Positions 40,241-54,300 of a stretch of 64,000 nucleotides of DNA are shown here, one piece after another. The notes under the pieces are model-generated. The model did not search any database and had not been told where the DNA came from. It saw only the letters and a list, made by a program, of their open reading frames with translations. This DNA is from Vicugna vicugna. Its lineage: Eukaryota. The position numbers were made by a program, and so were the translations under genes. Position 1 is the stretch's first letter, and each line of letters begins with the position of its first letter. Location of the stretch: positions 258,048 to 322,047 of the forward strand of contig MU057947.1 in NCBI GenBank assembly GCA_013265495.1, in the 5' to 3' direction.

Positions 40241-41699
40241 ATGTCCAAAGTACAATCTGAAGCATTATTTTTTTTGTATTAAAGGATCCAGTAACATGCA
40301 TTTCCAACTCAAGAATTTGTCTGCAGAGTTTCCCAGGCATGTACTGCTTCTCCAAGTTTTTAACTCTTAACGGAGAAATCCAAACAGAACAAGCTCCAGT
40401 GAATACCCGTGCTTCCCCGGCAGCCCCTATGGCTACTAAAGAAGCGAACCGTGTGTCTTGAGGGCGCAGCACTCCCATTTTCCTTTGAGATGATTTAAAA
40501 CCACGAAAACAAATGCCGTGAGCACAATTTTCTTTCCCCTAAACCTTCATGTCCTGTTCCATCCCATGAGCAGGAATGAGGACCATGACGTAGGACAGCA
40601 CACTGCACGGAATACAAGTTCAACAACACATGTTGAACCAAAAAATAGAAAAAGCCAGAAAGCACACGTTGTTTCTGCAGTTGTTTTTCATTGCTTCACT
40701 GAGGTATGACTGACATCCAAAAAGCTGTAGGCATTTAATGTTTACAACTAGATGTCTTCGGAGATGATACTATGTTGTATGCTTAAAGATGTGTGGAAAG
40801 GGTAAATCTTATGTTGTGTGCTTGCCTTTATGATTAATCTATTTTTCTTGTTTATAAGAAAAATGCAAACACGTTGTAAAAAGAATTTTTAAATGTGGAA
40901 AGAAACAAAGAGGAAATAGACATCGTGAGTATTGTCCAGCCCGTAAGAAACACCTTTCTTTCTCTGTTCTCTGTGGATGACCTGACCTCCCCTCCGGCTC
41001 CCACACTTTCTAACCAGCATCACCACTGCCTCTCACGAAGCCTGACCTTCCTGCTCGGAGGAGAGATTCTCTGCTGGGTTCATCTCCACTTCCCTCACTG
41101 CCAAGTCCATGGTACCAAGCACAATGGACATACCTGGAAGGCACTCAGAAGATGTCTTCGAGTCAATAATCCCATTGTTTGAATGCTGCACATGCCTTGG
41201 CTGACACTGTAGGGAGGAAGGTACGAACATGCCCAACAAGTGCTTTTAAGCCTCTCTTCAGTGCTCCTGGAAGAATGGAGGCATTCACACAGATACTTTA
41301 GAGCCTAAACACCATGAGAGGTCTCCGTCGTGGATTTACGTAAGGCATGTCGTCCACATTTGTCCACCCGGGTCTTTATTGGAACATCTGGTTTTCTGCC
41401 GTGAGGCTCTCCGTGGCTGGATGGAAGCCACTCTGAAACCTGGAAGCAATGCCTGATGTTCTCTAATTACCTTTATTCCCTCAAAAAGAAATAAAATTGA
41501 CTGTCAGAAAATGAGGCAATGACTCATTTTGCGGATTGCTCTGATAATTTATTTTAGCCCAATTTCGTCAGTTCCAGTGAACTTACATCAAAGAAAGTTT
41601 TGATAATTTAAGGAGTTTTGATCATTTAAGCTGACTGGTTTCACTTCAGATTCATTACTGATAGATCGAAACTTCACCACAATTGGTAGGGCCCGGGGG

Positions 41700-42160
41700 C
41701 CGTGTGGCCCTGAGCTGCCACCCCGCCCTCCGTGCCCCGTCCTGCTCTGCGCTCCGGCCATGCCAGCGCAGAGTCAGCGCGTTCAGCGTGCATCCTCTCC
41801 CCCGCCGGAGAGCACGGGCCACACTGCTTCTGTGTCTGCACACTCCCTCACCAGCCACTGCCTGGCTTAACCTACACCGACTGGAGATCTCAGTTCAAGG
41901 GCCACTGGCTCTAACAAACCACTCTTTACACCCACAGAAGCTCGGGCTCCTCTGCTGCACATTCCTGCAGAGTCAACCATCTCTACTATCTAACTGCACT
42001 TGTCTTTTAGCTTATCATCCCTTTGCATTTATCACTGAGGTTATTTGGCCAACATCCATTGAGACCAAAAGTCTCATGGGAGCACGGTCACCCCTGTTTC
42101 CCCATCAAGGAGAGACTCAAATGTTGAATTAATACACGATGAAGAAATAAATGAATGGAC
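41700..42160 (+). mobile_element. L2 3' fragment
   Basis: atctcagttcaagggccact...ctcatgggagcacgg...aatgttgaattaat...aaatgaatg. Confidence 0.5.
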
Positions 42161-42399
42161 ACTCAATGTATCCCATAACCTACTCTGTCTACTAGAAACC
42201 TCACTTCCTCACTCATTACAGTAAGTTTCCTACCTTCTTTTCTCTCTTCAAGGTTCTGACATTTTTCCCTCCACTGTCTCCCTCCCCTGACGACCTCACC
42301 ACGTGCCTCAAGGGGCCAGACCCACAGTCCCTCACCCTCCCATCACCAGCGCTATAATCCAGTAAACACCTGCTCCCACCTGTTCCTCAAAACAGACGC

Positions 42400-43890
42400 A
42401 ACAAGCAGGAAAAAGTACAGCAAAACAGCAGACCTAAATCCAACCATGTGACAATTGCAGTAAAAGCAAACGGACTAAAAACTCCAACTGAAAAGCAGCT
42501 ACTCTAAGACTGGGGATGAGAAAGCACCAAGAATCAACTATATTAGGTCTAGAATAGATTCGCCGTAACTGTAAAGACGTAATTTGCTGAAAGTAAAAAC
42601 AAACATAAACTACACAGCAGCAAACATGAAAACGATGGACTACATCAGACAAAATATCCCTTATGATACGTTCCTTTGTAACGTCAGCAAACAGACTAAG
42701 AAAGGCAATGTTACCAGAGATTAGGAGGACATTTCATAAGAAACCATGGCTATACGTAACAATATGGAGGAATCTCAAAATAATTATGCTAGGAGAGAAC
42801 AGACAAAACAGACTAAGCACCTATTATTCATATACATAAAATTTTAGGAAATGAATACTAAGCTACAGTAACGGAAAGCAGACCAGGGGTTGTCTGAGGT
42901 GGGGCGGGGGTGTGTGAGGGTGGGAGTAGCAAGGGTGGAGAAGGGTTACCGAGGGGCGCCATGAAACTCTTGGGATGGATGTGTCTGTTGCCTTGATTAT
43001 GATGGACGGTGCTTTCACAGGTATATATATACATATATACATACACACACATATGTATATATGTCAAAAGATTTTGAATTTCAATATACACAGTTTGATG
43101 TATGTCAGTTACACTTCCATAAAGGTTTCAATCAGTCACTATTTCTACACTTTAGCAGCAACAATTGGAAATTGAAACTTATATAATTCCATTTACAATA
43201 GCCTCAAAAACATGTAATATTTAGGAGTAAGCTTAACAAAAGACATGAGGAACCTCTATACTTAAAACTACAAAATTTTGCCATGAGAAATTTTTTAAAA
43301 GACCCAAATAATTAGAAAAACATATCATGTTCATGGATTAGAAGAATCAGTATCATTAAGACATACATTCTCTGCAAAGTCAGTTACAGATTCAATGCAA
43401 CCCTATCCGTGTTCCCCTGGGCTTTTTTATAGAAATGGACAAGCCGATTCTAGAATTAATATGGAAATGCAAAGGGCCTGGAAAAGTCAAAACAACGCTG
43501 AAAAAGTAAAACCAAGCTAAGGACTTCCATATCTGAATTCCAGATTTACTGTAAAGCTTCGAGTACCCAGACAGTGTGGTGCTGGCACAGGAGCACACAG
43601 ACTGCGGCAACAGAATAGAGAAATAGACCAACGCTTGTTTGATCAACAGATTTTTTCTCACAAAGACACTAAACAATTCAAAATGAAAATTAAATTCAGC
43701 AAATGGTACTGGAACAAGTGACATTCACATGGAAAAAATTTAATTTTGAACCCCCTACTTCTGCATACCATACCAGAAAAAATTCAAGACGGATCATAAG
43801 TCTACATACCTTTACAGGACGTAAGTCTATGAAGCTTTTAGAAGAAAATACAGGAGAATATTGTTGTTGCAACCTACAGGTGGAGATTTA
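42400..43890 (+). mobile_element. L1 ORF2 fragments with a nested L1 3' UTR piece (about 42745-43125)
   Basis: catgttcatggattagaaga, gattcaatgcaacc, gaaatggacaagccgattctagaatt, ttttagaagaaaatacaggaga. Confidence 0.8.
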
Positions 43891-45149
43891 CAAAGGTAAA
43901 ATGTTCCCTTTCTTTCAGTCTTAACATGTGGAATTTAGGACCATGTGGAACCCGGACATATGACCTAACCTGGTCTCCCAGGGAAATCAGCGGAGAGAAG
44001 GGGCCTGGGAGCAAGCTCTTTGGAATTCAGAAAACACTGGGCTGTCCTTACTGACGGATGGTAAGTGGATTAGATGCTCCCCAATTAAACAAGCTGAGCG
44101 CCCACCCTGAGGCTTCGAGCCAGGCAAGACTTGTTGAGAAATCCACTTTTCCAATTTGGCTTTAACAAGAAAAGAAATTTATAAATGGAGATGTCAAAAC
44201 AATTGTAAAGAAAAATGTCAAATGGAAATTTAGATAATTCTGTTCCTTTAGTGGGAGTTCTAAAGCTACAGATAACATGGCCAAAGCAAAGAGGGATGGA
44301 GCCAAAACGGACTTCACCAAGATGTGTCATTACTGCAATTTCCAGAACCACCACTCATCCCAGAAAGCTAGTCACGGACAAGAGAGCTGTGCACACAGCG
44401 GGGCCCTTGGGGCCGACACGGCCCTCACCCAGCAGTACATGTTGTGGTCTGAACTGTCAGCATGTCTGCACATCCCAGGACAGGTGACACGTGCTGTGAT
44501 CAAAGACACCAGAAGAAAGAAAAGAGCACGCAGACAAGGCAATGGGTCCTCCCAGAAGTCCTGATGGCGATCATGCACTAATGAGAGAGCCCGTGTGCCT
44601 GGGAGTGACACACCAAGAACATCCTTCCCAAGAAGAGGGCTGAAATGATGAGATTACAGCTCCAGCAGTTGAAGGGAGTACAAATTGGGAGCTTCTTATT
44701 TTTAAGTGTGTCAAACATAAGTTACTAATCAGCAAGACCACGGGGATCCTCACCCACCACTGGAGACTGCCTCCCCGACGCTGCCGCCATCCACATCGGG
44801 TCCATGGTGGTTATGCTGTTGTGTCTTAGCCAGTTACTGCCGATAAGAAGTTCAACACCAAGTACACCTTGGGTTTTTTTGTTTGTTTTTCGTTTTTTTA
44901 CCAGATGCATAAGCTGTAGGTCTACCTGGCAGCAACTTTAATGTCTGGGAGCCACAAAGATTTGATGATTGAAAATTATCCTCAAATGTGCAAACAGAAG
45001 ATAAATGAGGTTAAATCTAAACTTGCCCAAAACTCTCCTACGTGTTAACCTGCGCCGGTTTCTCAGCGTGGCTCAGGCGGCTCATGTATGAAATGTACCC
45101 CTGAGACCCGAAGGCAGGGCTGGACCTGGGACGCCTGGGGTCCCTCAAC

Positions 45150-45520
45150 TGCTTCCTCAGTGAGCAGCCATTGTGCCAGGAGCCAGGAGGGGACACAGAT
45201 AGAACAAGGAGACTTTGTTCCCATCTCCAAGAATCCTACCACCCAACTGGGGGGAACAGATGGTAATAACTATAACAAAGCAGAAGAAGAAAGCTAATAC
45301 AATAGAGACATAAAATACTAAAGAAATACAGAAAGCTGAGAGAGATGAATTCCATCTGGACCACAGGGGACAGTGGCATGAAAGAGATGGCGTGTGAGCT
45401 GACGATTATTGGGAAGGAAGTAACGGGGACCCTAACCAGGATGAAAGCAGTAAATGGAACAGGAGGAATGGATCCATGACATTCTAGAAAGACAGGACAG
45501 GCAGGCCTTGACGAAGAAGT
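45150..45520 (-). mobile_element. L2 fragment
   Basis: agtgagcagccattgtgccagg...ggacacagatagaacaag...catctccaagaatc. Confidence 0.5.
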
Positions 45521-46524
45521 GGAGAGACCACACTGCCCGGCTCCCAGTCCTTACGCAAATTCTTTCCAGCTGAGGGTCTTAACTCCTTAAAATGCACAAC
45601 ACTGAAGATCAGCTTACAACAGACAAGCTGAACTGAACCTAAACTCAAAGTAAGGGATGTGATTTGTGCTTTATTTCAGTAATAGTTGGAAATATAGAAT
45701 TATAGAGTAATTATATGACTAATAAGTATAATGACTGCATATATACGTATGCAATGTAATTACAAATACGCGTATAGGTAAATAACCGGCAAAGAATCTA
45801 AGAATAGGAAACTCATGCAGGCAAACTACTTTCCCATAATTCTTTAGATGGGAAGTATTTACCAGTCGGGAATATCTGAGACTGGAAAACACAGGACAAA
45901 AGGGAAACGTGATGGTAACTCCCAGGGATTCAGTGATAACCCATCTCCCAGATGATGATGGTAAAACAATCCTCGAATTATTTGATGGTGAAATATGTGC
46001 CTTGTTCTAACTGCTCAGCGCTTCTCATTCTAGAAGAGAGATCCCGATGAAACAAAGATAAAATAAATAAATGTAAAATCTGTTGCAGTGAAAAAACCAA
46101 AAACAATCAAAAAACAAAACCCTGTAGTTGCTGCAGCGCTGTGAAGGGACCCTAAAGCAAGCTGGAAGCAGGGCGAGGGTGGGACGACATGGCTTTGTCG
46201 ACTCCCACCGGATCTCATCTCCAGAACCTCGCTGCAACCAGCGCCACAGTCCGAGGCAGACACAAACCGAAAGGACCTCGGAAAGTGACCCGGAGGGTTA
46301 AAGAGACGCTCCTTATCTTCGCATTTGTTTCCTCTTTACATGAACAAACGGCTGGCGTGGAGAAGACCAACTGAATTTGATCGGTGGCCTCACAGCGTAG
46401 ACCAGGGCAAATGAGAAGAAATAGAAGCAAAGACCCTTCTGTTGGGTACAAAAGAGAAATCTCTAAGCATCCAAGGCTTCCTTTCGAGAGACAGGAGTTT
46501 GCCAGTGGAGGTGTTCACGTGGTG

Positions 46525-46730
46525 TTTCTCAAGCACTGCCCTTAGGGTCTTCACAAATATTAATGTATTTAATTTTTATAAAGCCATGTGAGGTGGCGAC
46601 CCCTACCACCCCATTTTACAGACGAGAAAAGTCAAGCACATAAACATCATGTAACTTTCCTAAAGGCACCAGCTAGGAAGCCCCGTGGGCTGCCCGGCTT
46701 CAGCGGCCACATTCACATTCACCCCACTGC
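46525..46730 (-). mobile_element. MIR
   Basis: cttcacaaatattaatgtatttaat...ccccattttacagacgagaaaa...taactttcctaaaggcac. Confidence 0.75.
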
Positions 46731-46849
46731 TATGAGGCACTGAGCAGAAATGTCACTCCAGAGTCAAATCATGGATGAGTGATTGACATAAATCAAACTT
46801 AAGATGGCATGAGTCCACAGAAGATTCACCAGACGGCCATGTTATTAAG

Positions 46850-47545
46850 AAGCATCACGGACGTTTTGGACTCTAAAGACCAAAGCAATCAGGTGTTTTG
46901 AAGATAATGATGATCATTTTAAGTAATTCTGGGCATCTCTGAGCAGGTCACTTTTTATTTTATAAAAATCTTAGAATTTTCAGTCCTCTTGTTATTTGGC
47001 GTGATTTTTTTAAAAAGGATCTGAGAGAGCTCTATCTCTGATTTCAGTCAACAAGAAAACATTAGTAACAAGTATTTAGAAAAACAAGCATTACCATCAG
47101 AAAACAGATACATCCTATACAGGAGAATTCAGTGCCTTCAACTGTCTCAAAACAGCACATATTAAGGGGTTTAAAATGTTTCTTTCATCTCACATAAAAT
47201 TAAGAAATTACTGTGTCACAGACAGACCAATTTCTCTATACTTTGGAAATCCCTCCAATGGTCACACTTGAATATTAAGTTCAGGTATATTCTCATTTCA
47301 AAAAGAGAGGAGAAAAAAATTACAGCTCCCTGGCAACAACTTGGGGGAAGTCTCTGGTGCTAAGAAGCTTCTTAACACATTTCTGAACAAGATTTCAGTA
47401 GTACCCTGACAGCCGTGGATTCAATTCTCCTGGTTCCATGACCCAGATACAGGCCAACTCAATCAGAAACAGCCGCTGACAGTTCTGCTCGGTGGTGACA
47501 CCAGTACAGCACCAGGCAGAGCAGACGCGGATTTTTGTGAAAGGT
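46850..47545 (+). pseudogene. RGS-domain remnants
   Basis: SITDVLDS; PLVIWRDFFKK; 47055-47090 ENISNKYLEKQA; GAKKLLNTFLNK...IQFSW; QANSI...QFCSVVTPVQ...TR. Confidence 0.4.
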
Positions 47546-48060
47546 GATAGCTGCCTTCTTATTAAGCTCTCCCCCTGCCTCAAGCTCTGTGCTGAGCACT
47601 TTACACACAGCACTTTATTTTATCCTCACAACCTGAAGGATTGAAAAACCAAGCTTAGCACTTACCTCACTGCCTTGTACTAAATTATTGCTTAAAAAGT
47701 AGCGACCCTTCTTATCACCCATTATACCAACGAGCACACAATTAGTAAGAATCAAACCTGGGAACTGGTCCCAGGACTATTTGGCAACAAACACATTAAT
47801 GAAGTGAATGAATGAGTGAGCAGAAGGCAGGAAGGAAGACAATACAACCAGAGTTTCATCCGTTTAATAAAAAGACAAGGGACAAAGAGAAATGCCAAGA
47901 GAATAAAGGTTAATTATAACATCTGGGGGTGCGGTACACAGGTTTCAGCTGCTGCTCTGCGCCAAGCCCTGCACCTGGACCTGAAGAATACCCAGAAGAA
48001 GAAAAAAAGGATGTGATTCCTTCCCTCTGTGGGATCTAGTTGAATTGAAAATATATTATA

Positions 48061-48295
48061 TATGGGAGTTCAAGATCTGCAGATACTAACTAATATATGT
48101 AAAATACATAAACAATACATTCATACTGTGTAGCACAGGGAACTATATTCAATATCTTGTAGTAACTTATGGTGAAAAAGAATATGAAAATGAATATATG
48201 TATGTTCACATATGACTGAAGCATTATGCTGTACACCAGAAACTGGCACATTATAAACCGATTATACTTCAATAAAAATATACACAACAAAAAAA
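48061..48295 (+). mobile_element. Camelid-type L1 3' end with a TSD, followed by (CA)n at 48309-48339
   Basis: gcacagggaactatattcaatatcttgtagtaacttatggtgaaaaagaatatgaaaatg; TSDs gaaaatatattata (48047-48060) and gaaaatacatttta (48296-48309). Confidence 0.9.
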
Positions 48296-51200
48296 GAAAA
48301 TACATTTTACACACACACACACACACACACATACACACAGAGAGAGAAAAATCAAGTGTCTTACTTTCTGACAAAGAGAGTTCCAAAGCTACTCCACATC
48401 TAAGCTGAGACCACCACTAGAAGTTATGGTCCCCACTGTTGGAAGCACTGCAGAAGCCAAGGACCCTGGTGGCAACTCTGGAAGGAAGAACTTGAACCAC
48501 TTACATAATAACTGCATGCATGTTTCCTGCAGGAAATTGCTTGGCACAGGCTCTTTTCCCCACTCAAGGGAGGTTCCTGAGTGAATTGCACAGCTTTGTG
48601 TTTGGAACTGAATAATGACCCCAAAATCTCCACTCCACTCACCTGAGATTCCACCATTAGTTAGTCACTTCTTTGAAACCTGAGAGATTTAAGAATCTTT
48701 ACTATCCATTAAAGTAAGTAACACTGGGGGTAAAAATGCTTTATTTTAAAGGGTGTAAGTGTTTTAAGGGAGTTAATTGGTTAAATCTCCATTTGAACAA
48801 CTGGTTGAGACGACGATGCCAAGGAGAAAGAGATCCGAACAGGCAACGCTGGGATAAGCCAGAGAAACCCAAGGGGCTCCCGTCTTAACCAGGGCTGGCC
48901 CGGGGGCACCAGAGTCCATTCATTCTACGAGACATCACATTTCAACCTTCGCTTTATATATCATAACAATCACTGGTCACTGGCCAAGCAATAAAGCTTC
49001 GAGTTTAGCACTCGGCCACGACGGTAAATGGACAGTCGGGAATCACCAAAGGCTCCGTCCTCGAAAGGAGCCCCTCCTCAGAACCTTTCTGAGTGACAAT
49101 GCCACTGATTTTACTGGGCGCTCTTCAAAGCGGAAGGTGCAGCCCAGTCCTCCTTTGTCCAATCCTTCCTGCTAATATTCCCAAACTCAAAAATGCCTTA
49201 CTACCCTGTTCTAGAACATCCCGTGAAGCTCCAAGCTGAGCCCAAGGATTTCACTGCACGCAGGAAGAAAACCTGCCTTCCCGTGGTCCCTCATTCAAGC
49301 AAATAAAACCAGTCTGCCACGCTCACACTCCAGTCCAATGTCCCCTACTTCCAGGAAGCCAGGATGGACGCAGGGACAAAGCCATGCCCGAGCCACTGCC
49401 AACCTGGACCTAACGTCCCCCCACAGAACCGCCTGGGCCGACCTACCGAGCAGGGCTCGGGTTGTGTGCTGGCGACAGACACACATAAACAACGCGGCTT
49501 CCCATCCCTGCCCCTCCCACAGACAGAGGAGGGAGACGGCCGGACAAGCACAGGGCGTGACAAGGACTCCTCTTGATTTCCGCAGCACCTGCCCTCACTC
49601 CTAACCTTGGTAATTCACACAGTTTTACTGAAATAGAAAATGACTGAGAAAACATAAAACAACACAGTCTCAGAGAGTTTTAGATCATAGATCAAAAAGG
49701 GGAATCAGATAATCGTGCACAACATGACAAGGGCTCATTTATTTATTTACAGCTTAATGTTGTTTGTAATCAGGACAATTGGCATGACACTACTTTTTAA
49801 TCAGAAAATCTGGCAGGGAACACAGTTAAAAGAGGGGTTTTATGTAACTGTTGGAAATAAGAGAGAGACACTTTTAAAATTTAAGTGCTCTAAGTGGGAA
49901 AGGGTCTTCCTAAAATGTCTAGCCAGGGTTGAAATAATGAGACACCAGGGCTCTTGATTCCTGCTCAGGGTCTGCGGGCCACTGTCCCTCATGCAGAGTT
50001 GGAGGCCGGAAGCAGCCACCACCTCCCCACCACCTCCCAGGCCGTGTGGAGCGCTGGCTAAGAGCACAGAGCCCAGGTCTGGCCAGCACCGCCTCCGAGG
50101 AGAGCTGTCACGGAGGGTGCAGAGCAGCAGGCTGTGAAGCAGACACGAAGGGCGGAGCCCAGGCCCATTGCCTGGAGCACAAGGTCCACTTTCTGCACAG
50201 CAGCACCTGCCTTTTCAAGAAGGCAGGTTTCTGTTGGAGGTCAGACCTTTGAGGGTTCATTAGATAACACAATAAATTAGACGTGATCTGCTAATTACCC
50301 AAATCAGTAGGTGTCCCAGCCAGCAAGCAGGAGTTCACAACCGCTAGTGGAGTCCCCTAACGGGCAGAACTGTCAGCCACAACTAGCCGCCCCGTGTGGT
50401 CAGGGGTCCAAGAGACCCAGAGGGCCAGCAGTTGTAAAAGGAAGTCTGTGGCGGGGGATGGGGAGAGGGGCACAGAGAGATTTTGTTTTCGGATAACAGA
50501 GGCCGGTAGTTGCCAGGAGAGCCCCACCCCAGTGCTTCCCATCTTGGAAGCAGGAGTGATTCCAGAACCTTGGACAGCCGCCCGACAGCCACAGGTCACT
50601 GAGGGAGGAGGACACTGAGAGCAGAGGGCAGAGAGAAAGAAGCGAAGACTAGGGTTTCTTGGTGGCATTCTGGGGGCTAATTCAGCAAATGTGGAGCCCC
50701 TACTGCAACACCCCATAGCTGTGAGGTAAATAATACCTTTCTTGCTTGAATCACTCAGTTATCTCAAGCTGTTAGCCTTTCTCATACACCATCCCGGCTC
50801 AGCGCATGAGCGTGCACTTACAGTCAGAAAACAGTGAAACCTTGCTGGCCCACGTTAGCCACCTGTGCAACCTTCAGGACAGGGCAATAACCAAAGGCGG
50901 AAGCGCAGCTCCCTTCAGAGGGAGTGCAGAGCTCCGCTCGCCCAGTCCCAGCGCTCCCTGGGCCGTGCGGAAACCCAGGGAGCGAGACCTAGATCGTTCA
51001 GCCTGAAGTTTTCAAGCCCTCTGTGTTTCTCTCTTAAAATTCCAAAACTGTATAAAACCCTGTCCTATTATAAGTCATACTTGTGCCTCTGAGAAAATGC
51101 TAGGCAATGTATCATCTGCAGTTTCAGAGTGGTTGCTACATTCCCATGATTCTGCAGATTTTCAAGAATTAGTATTTGTAGCAGAGCACCATTATTACTA

Positions 51201-51329
51201 ACCACATCTCCTTAACATTACACAGCACTTACTATCCATAGCACTCTCATATATATTCCATTTTTAAATGTCTATAAACCATAAAAAGTTTCTATTTCTT
51301 TGATTGAGTGCAGGACAGAGCATGTGAAA

Positions 51330-54300
51330 ACTTAGGAAAACCAAAATAAAATCATTTATATTCTTTACAGGCAAATACAAGATAAGACAACAGGCTAAGA
51401 AAGAGGGAAGCAAGGAAAAATGGGAACGGAGCTAGATATGAGAATAAGACAGTATTTTAAAAACTAAGAATTCAATAGTTCAATTTAATTGTGCATTAGA
51501 AGCTGTAAAAATCACATGGAATGTGCATAAAATCTGATAAATAACATGGGAGGAAAATTGGAAAAGCCCCACAGGAAACGGAGGGAAAGGATGAGAGAAA
51601 ACTACAGGTATAAAGGCAGAGAACAAAGAGCCAACATTCACAACTAAAACTCCAGAAGAGACACGTCTAAGCGACACCGTGATTGGCCGTATCCTGGAAC
51701 ATAAAGCAAGCCTCAACGAAGCTACAAGAAATCATTCTGAGCGCACCCTCTGACTGTAGACAAAAATAACCTAGAAATAAATAACAAAACTATAATCAGA
51801 AAGTCCTCAAGTTTTTGGAAATTCAGCAGTGCACTTCTAAATAGCCAGTGGATCAAAGAACAAATTATAATGGAAGTTATAAAATAGTTTGTATTAAAGG
51901 ATAACAAAAATGCAGAAAAACACAATTTATGGGATGCAACTAAAGGCATGCTTAGGAAATCAATAGCCTCCAATGCTTGTATAAGTAAATGAAAGGGCTT
52001 AAAATCAAAGACTGAATTATTCATTTTAGAAAGTTAGTATTAGAAGAGTAAATGAAATCCAAGTAAAATAAAAGAAATTAAGAAAAGTACTTTAAAATGT
52101 AAATCATATGGACACATCAATCAAGACAGAGGAGGAGGAGGATGTGGAACTCACCTCACCCCACAAACACTTCAAAAATACATCTACGGGTGGAATGAGG
52201 CTCACTGAAAGCTAACTGGAAACTGGCAGAAAGACTCCTGAACAACCCGGGCTGTAAGAAAGGCACACACATGATCTGGCAGGAAGGGGAGAAGCGACCG
52301 GGTTGGGGCCTGTGCCCCTGGGAGGGCATCGGAAGGAAAGGGAGACTACACAGGCAGGGAGCTGCCCTGGGAGTGAGCGACAAGGGCCACGGGTTGTGTG
52401 CCCCAGTCCTGGCATCCTACGTGGGAGACGAGCCCCCCGGCTGGCTGGGGGGGCCGCTGGGACTAACAGGAGGGCTGAGGGAAGCCGGACCCCACAGTGA
52501 GGAGCACGCCCCCAGGGCAGGGGAGAGGGAGTGGAGACAGGCTTCCTGTGACCGCCTCGGCACACGCCCCAGCCTACTGAGTGGGAGAAGTTACCTGCAA
52601 ATGTTCATATGGACGAGGGGTTAACAGCCAAGATACATAAACAGCACGTACGACTCAGTATCATAAAAGCAAGCAACCCCGTCCAAAGACATGGGCACAA
52701 GACCCAACTAGACATTTTTCTGAAGAAGACGTAGAGACAGCTAACAGAGGCACACAAAAAGATGCTCAGCAGCGCTTATTATTAGAGAAATGCAAACAAA
52801 ATCACAATGAGATATCACCCTGCCCCTGTCAGAACGGCTATCGTCTAAATAAAAGTCTACAAATAACAAATGTTGGCAAGGATGTGGAGAAAAGGGAATG
52901 TAAATTGGTGCAGCCACCATGGAAAATAGTATGGAGGGCCCTCAAAAACTAGAACTAGAACTACCACGTGATCCAGCAATCCCACTCCTGAGTCTATATC
53001 CCCAAAAATGAAACCATTAATTCAAAATGACACATGCACCACAATGTTCATAGCAGTTTTGTTTACAATAGCCAAGCTATGGAAGCAACCCAAGTGTCTA
53101 TCAGCAAGTGATGGATAAAGAAGATGTGGTGTATACGTATAATGACATATTAGTCAGCCGTAAAAAAAAAAAATGAATGAAATTCTGTTATTTGCAGCAA
53201 CATGGATGGACCTAGAGAGAATTATGCTTAGTGAAATAAGTCAGAGAAAGACAAAAACTGTATATCACATATATGGAGAATCTGAAAAATAAAACAAATG
53301 AATGTTTATTTCAAAACAGAACTGGACTCACAGTTACCAGTAGGGAAAAACAAACTGATGGTTACCAGTGGGGAGAGGAGGGAGGGGGGCAGGACAGCAG
53401 TGTAAGAGCAAGAAGTGCAAACTACTGTGTATAAAATAGGTGAGCAGAGAGATGTGCTGCACAGAACGGGGAATTACAGTCATTATTTTGTAATAAGTTT
53501 AATGGAGTATAATCTGTAAAAATACTGAATCACTATGCTGTACACCTGAAACTAATATAATCTTGTAAATCCACTATACTTCAGTAAAACAAAATGTAAA
53601 ACAAATGGACAGGAGAGAAAAATTAAAACCAAAATGGTTCTTTTAAAATGTAAGTACGCTGACAACTCTTTTAAAGGACTGCTCTAAAATAAAAAACGAG
53701 AGAGAATACAGATTATCAAAATGAAGAATTAAAGACGGAACATCACCACACAGTCTACAGATGTTAAAAAGAAAATGAGAGGATATTATAAATAATTTTA
53801 CACAGAGCAATTTGGAAATTACAGAATAGGAAAATTCCCTAAAAACACAATGTAGGGGCCCTGCCAGGGGCTAGACTGGGCGTCAGAGGAGGGTGTGCGC
53901 GGAGGGCAGCCTGGAGTGTAGGCAGGGTGCGGGGAGCGTCCAGGTGGGGCAGGGCATGGTGACAGGGACGGGAGATGCATGACATCCTACCGACTGGGAG
54001 AATGAAGAAACACACCAAGGGTAACAAAAGCCAGGGTTCCCATGGGGTTGTGGAAGAGCACCACAAACAGGGAAATGGAGAGAAACAAGAACACTGGGAC
54101 ACTGGGCTGGAATGGGATGTATCCATGTGAACTAGCGGCTTTCCACAGACACTAGATATATGGATGATAAACGATGGACGGATGGACGGACTAAAATAAT
54201 ATAAATGTGAATGAATGCATCTACATGTACTTTGTGTGTGTGTGTGTGTGTATACATGCACACACATGCACATGCATCTTCAATACACTGAAAAAAGAAA

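Noticed and set aside
31700..47540. Sorting nexin (PXA/Nexin_C) reading of fragments LVFESEQ, VY*WYD and DPD..LNQ
   Set aside because: The domain order is inconsistent, no PX domain is visible, and the same segments fit RGS motifs in the same or neighbouring frames.
49605..49626. Candidate 22-nt - strand microexon with a good acceptor
   Set aside because: Too short and unsupported; such splice-like sites arise by chance.
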